From positions 140,368,001 through 140,432,000 of the forward strand of contig NC_042998.1 of NCBI RefSeq assembly GCF_006345805.1: a stretch of 64,000 bases of DNA, in the 5' to 3' direction. This document shows positions 25,956 through 39,505 of the stretch, piece by piece. The translations under genes were made by a program, and so were the position numbers. Each line of letters opens with the position of its first letter. Positions within the stretch are counted from its first letter, which is position 1. The notes beneath the pieces were generated by a model. The model was not told the DNA's origin, did no database searches, and worked only from the letters and a program-made list of their open reading frames with translations. Origin of the DNA: Octopus sinensis. Taxonomy: Eukaryota.

Positions 25956-26170
25956 TGAAAGCGCGTGGCCTAGTAGTTAGGCTGTTCCACTCATGATCGT
26001 AAGAGTATGGTTTCGATTCCTTGATTGGGCGGTGCATTGTGTTCATGAGCAAAACACTTCATTTCACGTTGTTCTAGTCCACTCAGCTGCAAACGAATAA
26101 ACCTTGCAACAGACTGGCGTTTGGCTCAAGAGTGTATGCTGTAATCTCGATCGCTAATTCGCCATGCAAA
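25956..26170 (+). mobile_element. Third tRNA-derived SINE family (related head at 10649-10915)
   Basis: GCGTGGCCTAGTAGTTAGG..GGTTTCGATTCC..AAAACACTTCATTTCACGTTG. Confidence 0.6.
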
Positions 26171-27184
26171 ATCGGGTAAGCGGCTCCAGAAGCCCAAGGA
26201 CTTGAGACAGTAATGCCCACAGCTTGATCAGGGTGATGATCTCTATAAATATGATGGAAGTTAGTTCTAGTTGCTCTCATGACCTCTGGTCTTGGGAAAG
26301 GCATTAAGATCATCTAATCACATTTGTTTATTTTTCTTTTAGGTATTTAATCAAAATGCAATACTACAAACTGAATCTATTTGATGGTGTTACGAAACGA
26401 ACATGTAATTTTAAGATTTTCAACACAACGTTCATTCTGTCTTTCTCTCTCTCTCTCCCTCTCTCTCACACACACATACACACACAGCTGTTGTTAAATA
26501 CATATATTCGCCTCTGTATACACATGTACACACATGTTTTTTGACAAGTGTTTATACAATTCTTACTTTTAAGTGCCTAATAGTAACAGAAAATAACAGA
26601 AACAAAAATGATTATCAATAAATGCAAAAGAAAAGAAAAATAACAAACATAAAAAACGACAGCAAGAGAAAAAAATGTTATTTTTTACCATCCCCCACCA
26701 CCTCGTTCCTTCTATTTCTCTTTTCCCCTCTCTCTCTCTCGCTCCGTTTTTCTCTTTCTTTCTCTTCGCCTCTCTCTCTCTCTCACTCCTCTTTGATGTT
26801 TAATTCAATGAGTTTAATGGATATATTTTTTCTTCTTTATATTTGAATCACACAAATTGGTAAGGTAAGTTAATATATTGTCAAACAACTGAGAGATTGG
26901 TTGTAAAAGAAAAGTTAACGCATAAAACAAAACAACAACAATAACAACTGCAACAAATAAGAAAAACAACAACGAAAAAAAGAGCGAATTATAACCATCA
27001 ATAATGTAATATAGATCAAACATAAAAACTAACAACAACATCAACAACTATAATAATATCAATACCAACACTAACGATATTAACAACAACAACAACAATA
27101 TGATAAACAATGGAGCAAGGCATGACTGTGATTGATAAAGAAGTTCACTTTTGTAAATACATAAGATCCGAGTTCGGTCTCATT

Positions 27185-27560
27185 GCATGACGTACCTCGT
27201 GCAAGTCTTTTGTACTGTAGTCTTGGGTTGACCAATTTTTTTGTCTTCTCTACTTACCTTTTCAACTGCTACAATAACGTCCTCTGCTCCCTGGAATCTG
27301 GCTTGCACTCATGTCACCTCCACTCAAACATTCCCTTGTGTTCGTTTCTCCTCTCCTCTTCTTTCATAACTTTTGTTTTTACCAAATCTCTTTTTCCAGG
27401 TCTCACGCTAACCACTTATTCCCAGAGTCTTACTTCCCAGGATGTGAGCCTCATCTGCCAAATTCCATCTCTGCCCACCGCCACCCCTACCCACCTCCAT
27501 CCCGCGATTACTTACAAACGTCTAAAAGAACATTAAATGGCATTAATGTCTCTGGTTTGA
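27185..27560 (+). mobile_element. CR1/L2-like LINE 3' remnant
   Basis: Frameshifted LFNCYNNVLCS..MSPPLKHS..SRSHANH..YLQTSKRTLNGIN resembles the C-terminal tail of CR1-group ORF2. Confidence 0.45.
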
Positions 27561-27849
27561 GAGAGCCAGGGAAGCTCATAAACACTGTCCCTTCATCCAG
27601 ACCAATACATGTATGTATGTATGTCTAGATATATATATACACATATATATATCGCGAAAAGGAGGCAGTCAGAATTTTCGATATTTCCTTATTATATAAT
27701 TCTTTATTATTGGCACTTTCGTTCGTTTAAGCTCTTCAAAGCGCTAATAATAAAGAATTATATAATAAGGAATTATCCCAAATTCTGACTGCCTCCTTTT
27801 TTCTCGATATACAATATCTGTACGCCATTTCACACACTCTACACGCGCG

Positions 27850-27897
<48 letters not shown>

Positions 27898-28262
27898 CAC
27901 ACACATATACACAATGTCACACATATATTTACCATAATAAGAATTGATAAACTTCGAAAGCCGGTGAAATAATTCTTTTTTTGAACGGAGGATTTTGAAT
28001 CATATAAAGTTATAAGTAATGGTAGGCAAATATTGGATTAAAAACGTCGAAGGCTACCCGTGGAAGACGAAACCCCATCTCCTGTAAACGGTATTCGCCA
28101 TTCCCTTCCAACATTTACATACTATAATTTATAGCTTTGTGTGCTTTAGAGACCCGCTGTTTCTTTGTGAGTGTGTGTGTGTGTGTGTGTGTGTTACCGC
28201 TATGTTACGGAGACGTAAACACACCAACATCCGTTGCCAAGTAGTGGAAGGGCATAAACACA

Positions 28263-28328
<66 letters not shown>

Positions 28329-28516
28329 GCACACGTCTATACGTTGGACTTCTTTCAGTTTCCGTCTACCAAATCTACTCACAAGTCTTTGGTCGGCTTG
28401 AGGCTAAAATAGAAGACACTTGCCCAAGATGCCACGCAGTGGAGCTGAATCTGGAGCCATGTTGTCAGGAAGCAAGCTTCTTACCACACAGCCACACTTG
28501 CGTCTACCCCCTCATT

Positions 28517-28620
<104 letters not shown>

Positions 28621-29032
28621 TAAACATGAGAATGACTGTCGTGTTACGATTATTCATTTGTTCGATCAACCGAATTTCCTGCTCCCGAATTAACCTGAAA
28701 GTGGCTGAGTATTCCATAAACACGTCTATCCTAAACGGAAACATACTGACTGGGGTAATTGCCTAGATGAGAGACGAACACTCGAACAACGCCACAAGTT
28801 ATAACAGGAAGTAAAAAATTCTGAAGGTGATGAACAAAATGTAAACGCACAAAATATTACGTAAAATGTGTGCAGTGAATTGCATGTCGAAAAAAAAAGG
28901 AAAAACGAAAAGACGTAGACTGACGTTTCGGATGATCACCTTTTATCAAAGTAGAGTAAGAAAGAAACAAATAAGAAAAAAAGAAAAGAAATTATACCTT
29001 TTTAGAACGCGTGTATCTTCCGATTACATGCC

Positions 29033-29073
<41 letters not shown>

Positions 29074-29114
29074 GAGAGAGAGAGAGAGACATATAGATAG
29101 ATAGAAAGATAGAT

Positions 29115-29160
<46 letters not shown>

Positions 29161-29369
29161 AGGAGAAGGGTGGGTGGCAAAATCAGTAGAACCGTTGAGC
29201 AAAATACATTATGATATTGTTTGTTTCTTTACATTCTGAGTTCAAATATAATGGATACCTACTTTATACTTCTGATGTTTTCAAAATAAGTACTGGAGTT
29301 GATGTTTTCTTTCATTTAGTCAGGACGGAAGGGGTGTGTCCTATAGCCTTCGTAGGCTCCCGACAATGG

Positions 29370-30037
29370 GCAGATTGATGAGAGGTTTTGCTTGAACAAG
29401 TCCAAGTCTGCAAGTGCGTGCTTCCGTGAAATTCTGTTTTCTACTGGGGGAAAGGGCGGCCGAAACAGTTTAGGAATGATCACTTGTCGCTTGAAGAACA
29501 ACCTCGGTCAGGACGACCGTCAACCTCCCGAACGAATGAAAATATCATGAAAATCCATGAATTGATCTTAGAGGACCGTCACCGAACAATTGACGAACTT
29601 GTTAATATGACTGGTGTGTCCTGGAGATCCTGTCAACAAATTTTGAGCGAGGAATTGTGAATGAAAAGACTTGCAGCAAAATTTGTGTCTCGCTTGCTCA
29701 GGGAAGATCAAAAGCAGTCACGACTGAATGCGTGTCGTGAACTGAAAGAACAGTTGGAAGTTGATCCAGACCTTTTTTCGAAGACCATCACCGGTGTTGA
29801 AAGCTAGTGCTAGGAATTTGACGATGTGGAAGAGGTGAAGGAAAAAAAAAAAACAACGGAAGCGTTAAAAGGCATCATTTCGCAAGAGTTCCAACACTGC
29901 TTCGAATAGTGGAAAACGTGCCTGAACCGATGCATTGATACAAATGGAGAATTCTTAGAAGGTGATAAAAGTGTAAACATGTAAAACTAAGTGAATAAAA
30001 TAATATTGCAAAATTCCAGTTTCTTTTGGGTACCCCT

Positions 30038-30040
<3 letters not shown>
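29370..30040 (+). mobile_element. Internally deleted mariner transposon
   Basis: VKFCFLLG..AAETV, EEQPRSGRPSTS, MKRLAAKFVSRLL, FSKTITG, then the C-terminus WKTCLNRCIDTNGEFLEGD and a TIR-like end. Confidence 0.88.
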
Positions 30041-30096
<56 letters not shown>

Positions 30097-30106
30097 TGTG
30101 TGTGTG

Positions 30107-30183
<77 letters not shown>

Positions 30184-30199
30184 GCGTGCGTGTGTGCGA

Positions 30200-30670
30200 A
30201 CTGTAGGTTAGATAAAATATGTTTGAGACATATTTTAACTTCTAAAGGCAAATTCACTGCTAAAAGGTATAAAAACATAACACCTGTCCAGAACTGCCCT
30301 CTATTGGATTCCCAGATGCAGCGTTTTTGTCTCTAACTTTCCTCAATGGAAAATACCGAAGAGAGGTAAGTAACTCTGAGCAGGTTTTAATTCGTAGCTT
30401 TAAGTAAAACACAGTTAAGAATATTGAGGTGCGCTATGAGACTGCCCGGTCGGCATAAAATCAGCAATATCAGAGCCAAGCAGTGATTAGGCATAAGTGA
30501 ACTTTAGGTTAGTTAGAATATGTTTATGACATATTTCAACTTCTAAAGGAAGATTCACAGCATTTACCATGGTAAAAGGTGTAAAAGCCTCATATCTGCT
30601 AAGTGCTGCTCTCTATCGGATTCTCAGACACAGCGTTTCTGGCTCTTTAACCTTCATCAATGGGAAATAG
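30200..30670 (-). mobile_element. Diverged tandem repeat (about 312-nt unit), each unit with a decayed hammerhead motif (family H5)
   Basis: 30200-30355 is similar to 30505-30670. The reverse complement of 30623-30664 is CCCA-TTGATGA-A-GGTT AAAG AGCC-A-GAAA-CGCTGTG-TC-TGAG. A more decayed copy is at 30311-30350. Confidence 0.55.
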
Positions 30671-31789
30671 CCAAGTTATGGTGTAGCTGAGCATTGTGGG
30701 TGGTCGCTGACACACGTTCTTTGCAGTCCAAGCAAAATCTTGCAGTATAAGCAGATTGCCGACCCGTGTTATCACAGATCAATCCGTGATAAACGTAACA
30801 TGGTTCGCAATTGAGCGTAGAGCGTTATCTTGGATCAGTGATGAATGAAGCAGCGACAAACGAGGTTACCTGTATTAAAAGCACTTCTTACTTTTGACGT
30901 ATATAGTTTAATTTACGTACGAACCGCCAACCTGTGAAGAGATCCACACATCTGAAAGCGTTCCCGTTGCTTTGCCTTCTTAAATCTTTTATTAAAGTTA
31001 CTTTCAAAAGATCTATCGCTTCTCTCTATAAAAGTTCTGAGGTATTTAAACGTATTTGACTCTTCTCGTATCTGCCCCTTTTAATGAGAACATTTCTTTT
31101 ATCCGTTTACTCAGTCTTCCTAATTTTCGTTTTACTGATGTTTATCTTTAAACCCCACAACTTCGCCTATTTCATTAACTTCGTCTAATCAGTCTTTGTA
31201 TATTTAATATTTCATTACAAAACCAAACAACGTAATCCAAATCCGCCAAATACTTTGCATAAATCCTTTCAATTCATTCTCTTCCATCTCCGATTATTGT
31301 TTCTTTCATGACATATTTTATTAGAACTTCAAACAAGAGAGGCGATAGAACACCCCACTGTTGTGCTCCGCTCCAAAATTCATTTCAGAACTGACTACAC
31401 ACTCACTCAACATTTACTTCTTCGTTATATTTCACCTGTTAAGGCGCTAAGCACCGGATATAATGTTGTGCGGTGTTTTTCCGACATTTTGAGTTCAAAT
31501 GTCACACAAATAAACTATACATTTTATCTTTCCGGGACCGATAAAATAAAGTAGCAGTCAAGTAGTAGGGGCGATTCAATCGACTAAAATCCAACCCACT
31601 CCCAAATTCGTGGTCTTGTGCCTATGTCTACCTGGATGAAACTATAAACAATAAACTTATTAATCTGATGGTCTACTGCTTGGTCTTCAGTTTAGAATCA
31701 GGGCCTATAAGACTAGGGTGGATATTCAATCGGTTCTCGGCCCGGAATGCTAAAGAAAGGGTTGTGAATATCTGCAAGATATCTCCCTA

Positions 31790-32335
31790 AAAAAATAAAT
31801 ATAACATCGGTACGTATAAAATTTACAATATATATACAAACGTGTAGTAGCATTCAGTGAGCAAGCTAAATCAGACTGAAACAATGTGTCTGGAGACATC
31901 CAGTGTTCTAAGCGAAGTCCTATGTTTTCAAACATAAGTCTCTTCGAGAAAGTTTCCTTGAGAAAAAATGTTACAGTTAGCACCTTTTCATGTTTATTTA
32001 TGTTTGTGTGTGTGTGTGTGTGGTGTGTGTGTGTGTGTGTTTGAGTCTGTGTGTATGTGTGTGTGTATATACACACCAGTATTTTAATTAAGTGTGTGTA
32101 TTAACTTCGTTTTAACTTGTTAGCTTTCATGCAAATTAGTGTTTGTCTACTTTTTTCTATATCAGAACAGCTATTTTCTGGCTCAGCTCGGAACACCCGG
32201 AATATCCGTCCCTGAGGAGATCAAATCAAGTCAAAACACTGTGTCTGGTGATCCACTGGCGATCTGAGCGAAGCCCTGGTTTTTTAACGCACATTTGAAC
32301 GCACACCTGTCTTTGAGAAACTTTGGTGGCCTTGT
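31790..32335 (+). mobile_element. Diverged tandem repeat (about 355-nt unit) with decayed hammerhead motifs (family H6)
   Basis: GAAACAATGTGTCTGG at 31878, and CTGAGGA-GAT..GTC-AAAA-CACTGTG-TC-TGG at 32212-32248. Both are followed by the same GAAGCCC..TTTT..ACAC..TCTTTGAGAAA tail. Confidence 0.5.
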
Positions 32336-32999
32336 GCCAATGTTTTAACCAACGTTCCTTTCTTAATGACAGGTAAAGTTCTCATACTTGTCATCCTCCT
32401 CCTCCACCTTATCCTCCTCCTCCTCCTCTTCTTCTTCTTCTTCTTCTTCTTCTTCTTCTTCTTCTTCTTCTTCTCTTCTTCCTCCTCCTCCTCCTCTTCG
32501 TCTTCTTCATCATTATCATCATGATCAGTAGCAGCTGCAGCTCTGTAAATTTTATGCCCGTTTCTGTTGAATTGTAGGTATTTGTTTTAGCATGGACGTA
32601 TGGTTAAGAAATTAGCCTCTCAGCTACGCGTTTTCGAAAAGCAGATATCATTTCTTTTCTCTGCATGCATCTTGGCAAACTCGGATCGACTAGCTAGCTT
32701 TCCGAGTCCCAGATCGATCGATGTACCGACTGATTATCCCCACTCCTTTTATAGGCCGTAAATTGGAGTGACACAAACCGTAGAGATTAAAAGCTTTATT
32801 GTATTTAGTTTCATCCAGATGGATGAAACTGAATGCAATAAATGTGTATTTCTGGCCTCCTAATTCCCTCGATTGTAATGCCATGGTTGTGTATGTGTGC
32901 GCGCGCGTGTAGTAAGTGGGCATACAGAGATGGTCAAATCGGTAGATGACTGATGCTGTCTCTATAACCAAAAACTCTCACATCTCAGTTTGCCTACTG

Positions 33000-33150
33000 C
33001 AGTTGTGAAAGACACCAATTGCTCTACCTGCAACACCAAGGCGGAGTTGGTGGCCAAGATCAAGGAGGAGTTCGATCATCCCATGGAACACATTGCGCCA
33101 GGTTCTGCAGCCGTCTTGAGGTCATGGTGAAGCTGAGGGTGATAGTGGGA
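33000..33150 (+). mobile_element. Tc1-like transposase C-terminal remnant
   Basis: DTNCSTCNTKAELVAKIKEEF...SRLEVMV-like reading. Confidence 0.6.
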
Positions 33151-33339
33151 GGATGTTTATCTATTAAATCGGCTCTCAGTACATGACTAGCATAGTATTT
33201 TATCGATACTGGAAGGACGAAAGTCTTGTGCGTGAAATTTAGTAAACGTGTATAGAAGAAATTCTGTTAATGGAAGATCACGATAGGAGAGTCCTGTTGT
33301 TAAGTAGTAGTTGTTGTTTGTTTGCGTATGTGTTTATAT

Positions 33340-33760
33340 GTGCGTGTTTATATATGTGGGTATATGCGTATGTGCTTATATGTGTGGGTATATGTGTGTG
33401 TTTGTATATGTGGGTATATGCGTATGTGTTTATATGTGTAGGTATATGTGTGTGTTTGTATATGTGGGTATATGCGTATGTGTTTGCATGTGTGAATATA
33501 TGTGCGTTTGTATGTGTGGGAATATGCGATGTGTTTATGTGTATGGGTATATGTGTGTTTGTATATGTGGGAATATGCATATGTGTTTATACGTGTGGGA
33601 ATATGTGTTTGTATATGTGGGTATATATGTATGTGTTTGCATGTATGAATATATGTGCGTTTGTATGTGTGGGAATATGCGATGTGTTTGTGTGTATGGG
33701 TATACATGTGTATTTGTATGTGTAGGTATATGTGTAAATGTGCGTGCATGTATGAGCATG
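33340..33760 (+). repeat. About 40-bp minisatellite built from TG/TA dinucleotides
   Basis: Recurrent GTATATGTGGG(T/A)ATATGCG. Confidence 0.85.
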
Positions 33761-34079
33761 TGCGCATGTGTGTGTATGTGTATATGTATGTTAGTGTGTG
33801 TAAATAACTGGGTGTGTCTGTATGTGTATGGGTGTGTACGTATGCGTATGAACGTGTATGTTTGTGCGTCTGTATTTCGAAGTGTATGCGCGCACGTGTG
33901 TGTTCGCGCATGTGTAAACAGTCAGGCATGAAACAATTAGAGTAAATGAGACTAAATTAACAAAATGTTAACAACAACAGCAAGAACAATAACAAGAACG
34001 ATAACAATCACATCAAAAGAACTCGTGAAGCACCCTACTCGAATATTTGCACCTTTAGAAGAAAAGGACAAACACACTG

Positions 34080-34680
34080 ATACGATATTATCATCATTAT
34101 CATTGTCGCCGTCGTCAGCATCCTCATCGCCGTCGTCGTCGTCATCATCGTCATCATCGTTATCATCATCATCGTCATTATCATTATTATCATTATTATC
34201 GACGTTGTCTTTTATTATCGTTGTCACCACACCATCATCATCATCATCATCATCACCACCACCATCCTCCTCCTCCTCCTCCTCCTCCTCCTCATCATCA
34301 TCATCATCAGCAGCAGCAGCAGCAACATCATCATCATCAGCAGCAGCATCATCGTCATCATCATCATCATCATCATCATTATCATCATCATTATCATTAT
34401 TATCGACGTTGTCTTTTATTATCGTTATCACCATCATCATCATCATCATCATGTTTATCGTCGTCGTCTTCATCTTGTTCGCCATCATCATCAACTGCTT
34501 CGTTATCATCATCCTCATCACGGCAAACTCCCACCACCAACACCACCAGCGTCACCATCACCATCATCGTCATCCCACTCATTAACAACAACAACAACAA
34601 CAATATGAAAAATAACAATCAACATCAAACGTCAACAATATTAGCAACAGCAGCAGCAGCAGCAACAGCGACAACAAATG
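34080..34680 (+). repeat. (CAT)/(CCT)/(CAG) compound trinucleotide tract (similar: 23900-24095, 57240-58050)
   Basis: Direct inspection. TTATCGACGTTGTCTTTTATTATCGTT is duplicated internally. Confidence 0.95.
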
Positions 34681-35116
34681 AAATGGTGGATGAGATATAA
34701 AGGAGAGAAACAATCAAATAGCTATAGCTTCTGGCCAGTTGTAATTTCAATAATAAAGAGAGAGAGAGAGGGGGGAGAGGGAGAAGGAGAAGGGAGCGTG
34801 AGCGGGAGAGAGTGTACCGTAATATAAATATAATAACGGTTATAGCTTGAATAGAGCAGGCTTGTCGACATTTACGGTCGCAGCCAGACAGCTGCGCCAT
34901 CTGGTGTCAAAGTTAATCCTACTGGCGGCGGAAAGAAAGCATCCATTTTGTTATTGTTGTTATCTTTTGTTGCTGTTGTTGTTGTTTTATGTTGCTTGTG
35001 TTTTCATTTTATTTTTTCTGATTTTTTAATCTTCTCGTCTTTTTTTTTCATAAAATTTAAATTCACAAAGAAAAATATTAAACGTTCTTCCGTAACTGTT
35101 TGAAAGCCTTAGACAT

Positions 35117-35168
<52 letters not shown>

Positions 35169-35459
35169 CTTCCATGAGAGAGTACGTGACGGATGAGAGA
35201 GAACATGACGGGTGAGAGAGAAAGAGAGAGAAACAGGCGGAGGAAAAGAAAAGAACAAAAGCGCGTGTGAATGGTGTGTCCGTATGTTTATGAATGCATA
35301 TAAGTGTATATAAATACTCCATCCACTTGGTATGTGTGGCAGTGTTAGGAGAATGTGATATGTTATTGCTAATGTGTGTATGTAAACGTGTACGTTTCTG
35401 TGAATGCATGCATGTGCATATATGTGTGTGTATGTGAGTATATAGATTCTATTCTTTCT

Positions 35460-35657
35460 TTTACTTGTTTCAGTCATTTGACTGCGACCATGCTGGAGCA
35501 CCACCATTAGTCGATTGAGCAAATCGACCCCAGAACTTATTCTTTGTAAGCCTAGTACTTATTCTATCGGTCTCTTTCGCCGAACCGCTAAGTTACGAGG
35601 ACGTAAACACACCAGCATCGGTTGTCAAGCGATGTTGGGGGGACAAACACAGACACA

Positions 35658-35695
<38 letters not shown>

Positions 35696-35866
35696 TATAT
35701 ATATATATATATATACATATATACGACGGGCTTCTTTCTGTTTCCGTCTACCAATTCCACTCACAAGGCTTTGGTCGGCCCGAGGCTATAGTAGAAGACA
35801 CTTGCCCAAGGTTCTACGCAGTGGGACTGAACCTAGAACCATGTGGTTGGTAAACAAGCTACTTAC

Positions 35867-35870
<4 letters not shown>
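35460..35870 (-). mobile_element. SINE family B, minus strand (also 28140-28500, 42435-42540, 45415-45905, 47560-47890, 59435-59830, 63170-63630)
   Basis: Reverse complement of the same head and tail, with internal (CA)n. Confidence 0.88.
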
Positions 35871-35902
<32 letters not shown>

Positions 35903-36178
35903 AACATACTGTTAAAAAAGTCGGGTGTACGTGCGTACCGTTACTTAGTAAATGAAAAAAAATCCATTGTAAGTAAACAAAGACAAATAGAAAGAGTATA
36001 CATATACTAAAGGTACAGCCGGATGGGAGACAGGTACAGAGGGTCCTAATTCTCTATCAATTATCAACCAAAATGGTAATGCTCAGTTTATCATTAATGG
36101 TGCGAGACCCGCCCGGTTGTACCCTGAGTTAATGTACACGTTGTTTTACTTGTCGTTGTTTATTCATAATGCATTTTC

Positions 36179-36239
<61 letters not shown>

Positions 36240-36244
<5 letters not shown>

Positions 36245-36602
36245 CTCCGCCTTGGCGAAGGCGGAGGTATTGTTTTCAGTCGTATTTGTTTGTTTATCTG
36301 TGGACAAGATATCTCAAGGACCGCTGGATGGATTGGATGAAACTTTCAGGGATGTTTAGCCTCGTGACTGGCACGAACTGATTAGATTTTGGGATCGATC
36401 TGGTACCTCACATGGATACTGGATTATATTTCTTGTTCTTTTTTATTTAATTTTTGAGAGCGGTCGGGTCCATTTTTAGTATTCTTGTTTGTGAGAGCAG
36501 TCGAGTTTATTTCAGATATTCTCATTTTAAAAATCATCTCTGGTTAATCGTTGAGAGGACGTTGGTGTTGCCTTGGCGAAGGTTTGCGCTCTCCGAGTGC
36601 TC

Positions 36603-36607
<5 letters not shown>
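36240..36607 (+). mobile_element. Non-autonomous Helentron (HINE/DINE-1-type)
   Basis: 5' hairpin CTCCGCCTTGGCGAAGGCGGAG, then GTTTGTTTATCTG, GATGAAACTTT and GATTAGATTTTGGG. The 3' end is GCCTTGGCGAAGGTTTGCGCTCTCCGAGTGCTCTTGTT. Inserted in (ATT)n. Confidence 0.75.
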
Positions 36608-36638
<31 letters not shown>

Positions 36639-36923
36639 TATTATTATTATTATTATTATTATTACATACACACTCACACATATTACATACGTATATATAT
36701 ACGTAACTACTCTCTCTATATATATATAGTCATACACACACGCACACAAACACACACATGGGTTGCTGGAAAGATCCTGGCTTAAAGGGTATAGCGAAAG
36801 TTTTAAAAGACCGCTGCAATAAATGTGTGAACCTGAGAGAGGAATATGTTGAATAAAATCATAATTAACTGATCCTCTTGTATTTTCTTTTACCCAAACC
36901 CAGGAACTTTTCAGTACTCCCAC

Positions 36924-37020
<97 letters not shown>

Positions 37021-37140
37021 TGATATATAAATATATGTATAATTAATAAGTTTGAAAATGGAGAGATTCAATGGATGTAAATTTATTTATTAATTATTTA
37101 ACATTGCTTCACTTCGCACCTAATTTAAATTGCAAAATAT

Positions 37141-37880
37141 ATATAAAATAATATAAGTTTGCAGTTTGAGTAATCTGGGTGGAAAAGCTTCAGGGGCACA
37201 ATGGTAAAATTACAGATTTTACATTTTGATCAATGGAAATACTCACTCACAACATATCTGTCTATCATGATGTCTGACTTTCTCATTCTTTTTGATGTGG
37301 ACCATTTTCATACTAGCTAACCACTTAATCTATTCCTACAACATGAAAGCAACATTCAAAATACCGCCAAAATACTGCCTGGATTTACCTGGGATTATAC
37401 TTAAGGACCTGTACCTTCATGGAAGTATGGACCAACCTCCAAACCCTCTGGAAGAAGATGAGCTGTGAACTTTATTCCCCTGTCTGTATTTTTCTACTTA
37501 CTGTTTTACTTTTTATTATTCTATCTACTATTTTATTCCTTTATACACAGCGAATTCCATCTCTAGAACTTTCATACACACTCACCTTGTCTCTGGTGAC
37601 AGAATACCCAGTGTATGGAGATGCTAACCTATTACTTGAGATATCCCAGAAACAGCTGTAAGACATCCAATAATTAATTAATTACTTCAAATTCATCTTA
37701 CCTACATACACACACGCACACGCACACACAGAATAAGAGAGACTGTTCGAAGCGGTGTATTGATTTCCTGTATGAAGTATAAGTCGGCAGTCAGAATTTT
37801 GGATAATCAATTATTTAACGCTTTCTTCTTGTTTCCAAGAATCATCAGAAATGATATCTTTGCAGAAAAATTAAATGTCT

Positions 37881-37961
<81 letters not shown>

Positions 37962-39062
37962 CTAGTTGAAAAAATCTGGAGTTGAATGGGGAAGAGAATT
38001 TGTTATTTTGAAACTATATGTGTGTGCATATATGTGTAAGTATGTATGTATGGCGAATTTTTGGAGGCTTGGTTAGAGGAAGAAGAGGAAAATATATCAT
38101 TTACTGTTCTCTTAAGGTATGATCAACAAAAAAGAAAGCAGTCTAGCCAGTGACTAATTACTTTTTCTCGATTTTTCCTTGTGGTTTCTCGTGTACTAAC
38201 GTCCTGGTCTTCAAATAGTGCTTAGTATGTGTCCTGAGCTTGACGATTGCTTGCAGACGCAAGGCATGCTATATAAATTTACCTAATTACAGCAATGTAA
38301 TAATATAAAGGTTGTAGAATATATATAAAATAATATAAGTTTGCAGTTTGAGTAATCTGGGTGGAAAAGCTTCAGGGGCACAATGGTAAAATTACAGATT
38401 TTACATTTTGATCAATGGAAATACTCACTCACAACATATCTGTCTATCATGATGTCTGACTTTCTCATTCTTTTTGATGTGGACCATTTTCATACTAGCT
38501 AACCACTTAATCTATTCCTACAACATGAAAGCAACATTCAAAATACCGCCAAAATACTGCCTGGATTTACCTGGGATTATACTTAAGGACCTGTACCTTC
38601 ATGGAAGTATGGACCAACCTCCAAACCCTCTGGAAGAAGATGAGCTGTGAACTTTATTCCCCTGTCTGTATTTTTCTACTTACTGTTTTACTTTTTATTA
38701 TTCTATCTACTATTTTATTCCTTTATACACAGCGAATTCCATCTCTAGAACTTTCATACACACTCACCTTGTCTCTGGTGACAGAATACCCAGTGTATGG
38801 AGATGCTAACCTATTACTTGAGATATCCCAGAAACAGCTGTAAGACATCCAATAATTAATTAATTACTTCAAATTCATCTTACCTACATACACACACGCA
38901 CACGCACACACAGAATAAGAGAGACTGTTCGAAGCGGTGTATTGATTTCCTGTATGAAGTATAAGTCGGCAGTCAGAATTTTGGATAATTAATTATTTAA
39001 CGCTTTCTTCTTGTTTCCAAGAATCATCAGAAATGATATCTTTGCAGAAAAATTAAATGTCT

Positions 39063-39142
<80 letters not shown>

Positions 39143-39505
39143 CTAGTTGAAAAAATCTGGAGTTGAATGGGGAAGAGAATTTGTTATTTTGAAACTATAT
39201 GTGTGTGCATATATGTGTAAGTATGTATGTATGGCGAATTTTTGGAGGCTTGGTTAGAGGAAGAAGAGGAAAATATATCATTTACTGTTCTCTTAAGGTA
39301 TGATCAACAAAAAAGAAAGCAGTCTAGCCAGTGAGTAATTACTTTTTCTCGATTTTTCCTTGTGGTTTCTCGTGTACTAACGTCCTGGTCTTCAAATAGT
39401 GCTTAGTATGTGTCCTGAGCTTGACGATTGCTTGCAGACGCAAGGCATGCTATATAAATTTACCTAATTACAGCAATGTAATAATATAAAGGTTGTAGAA
39501 TATAT
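37141..39505 (+). repeat. Near-identical 1182-bp tandem duplication
   Basis: 37141-38322 matches 38323-39504. I noticed only two substitutions and a different (TA)n length. Confidence 0.92.

Noticed and set aside
27255-27340. EGF-like reading CLSGG...PGSRGRYC on the minus strand next to a gtaagt
   Set aside because: It has an in-frame stop and missing cysteines, and is antisense to a CR1-like remnant.
37419-37661. Duplicated ORF MEVWTNLQ...
   Set aside because: No domain. It appears twice only because of the 1182-bp duplication, and probably overlaps an old LINE 3' end.
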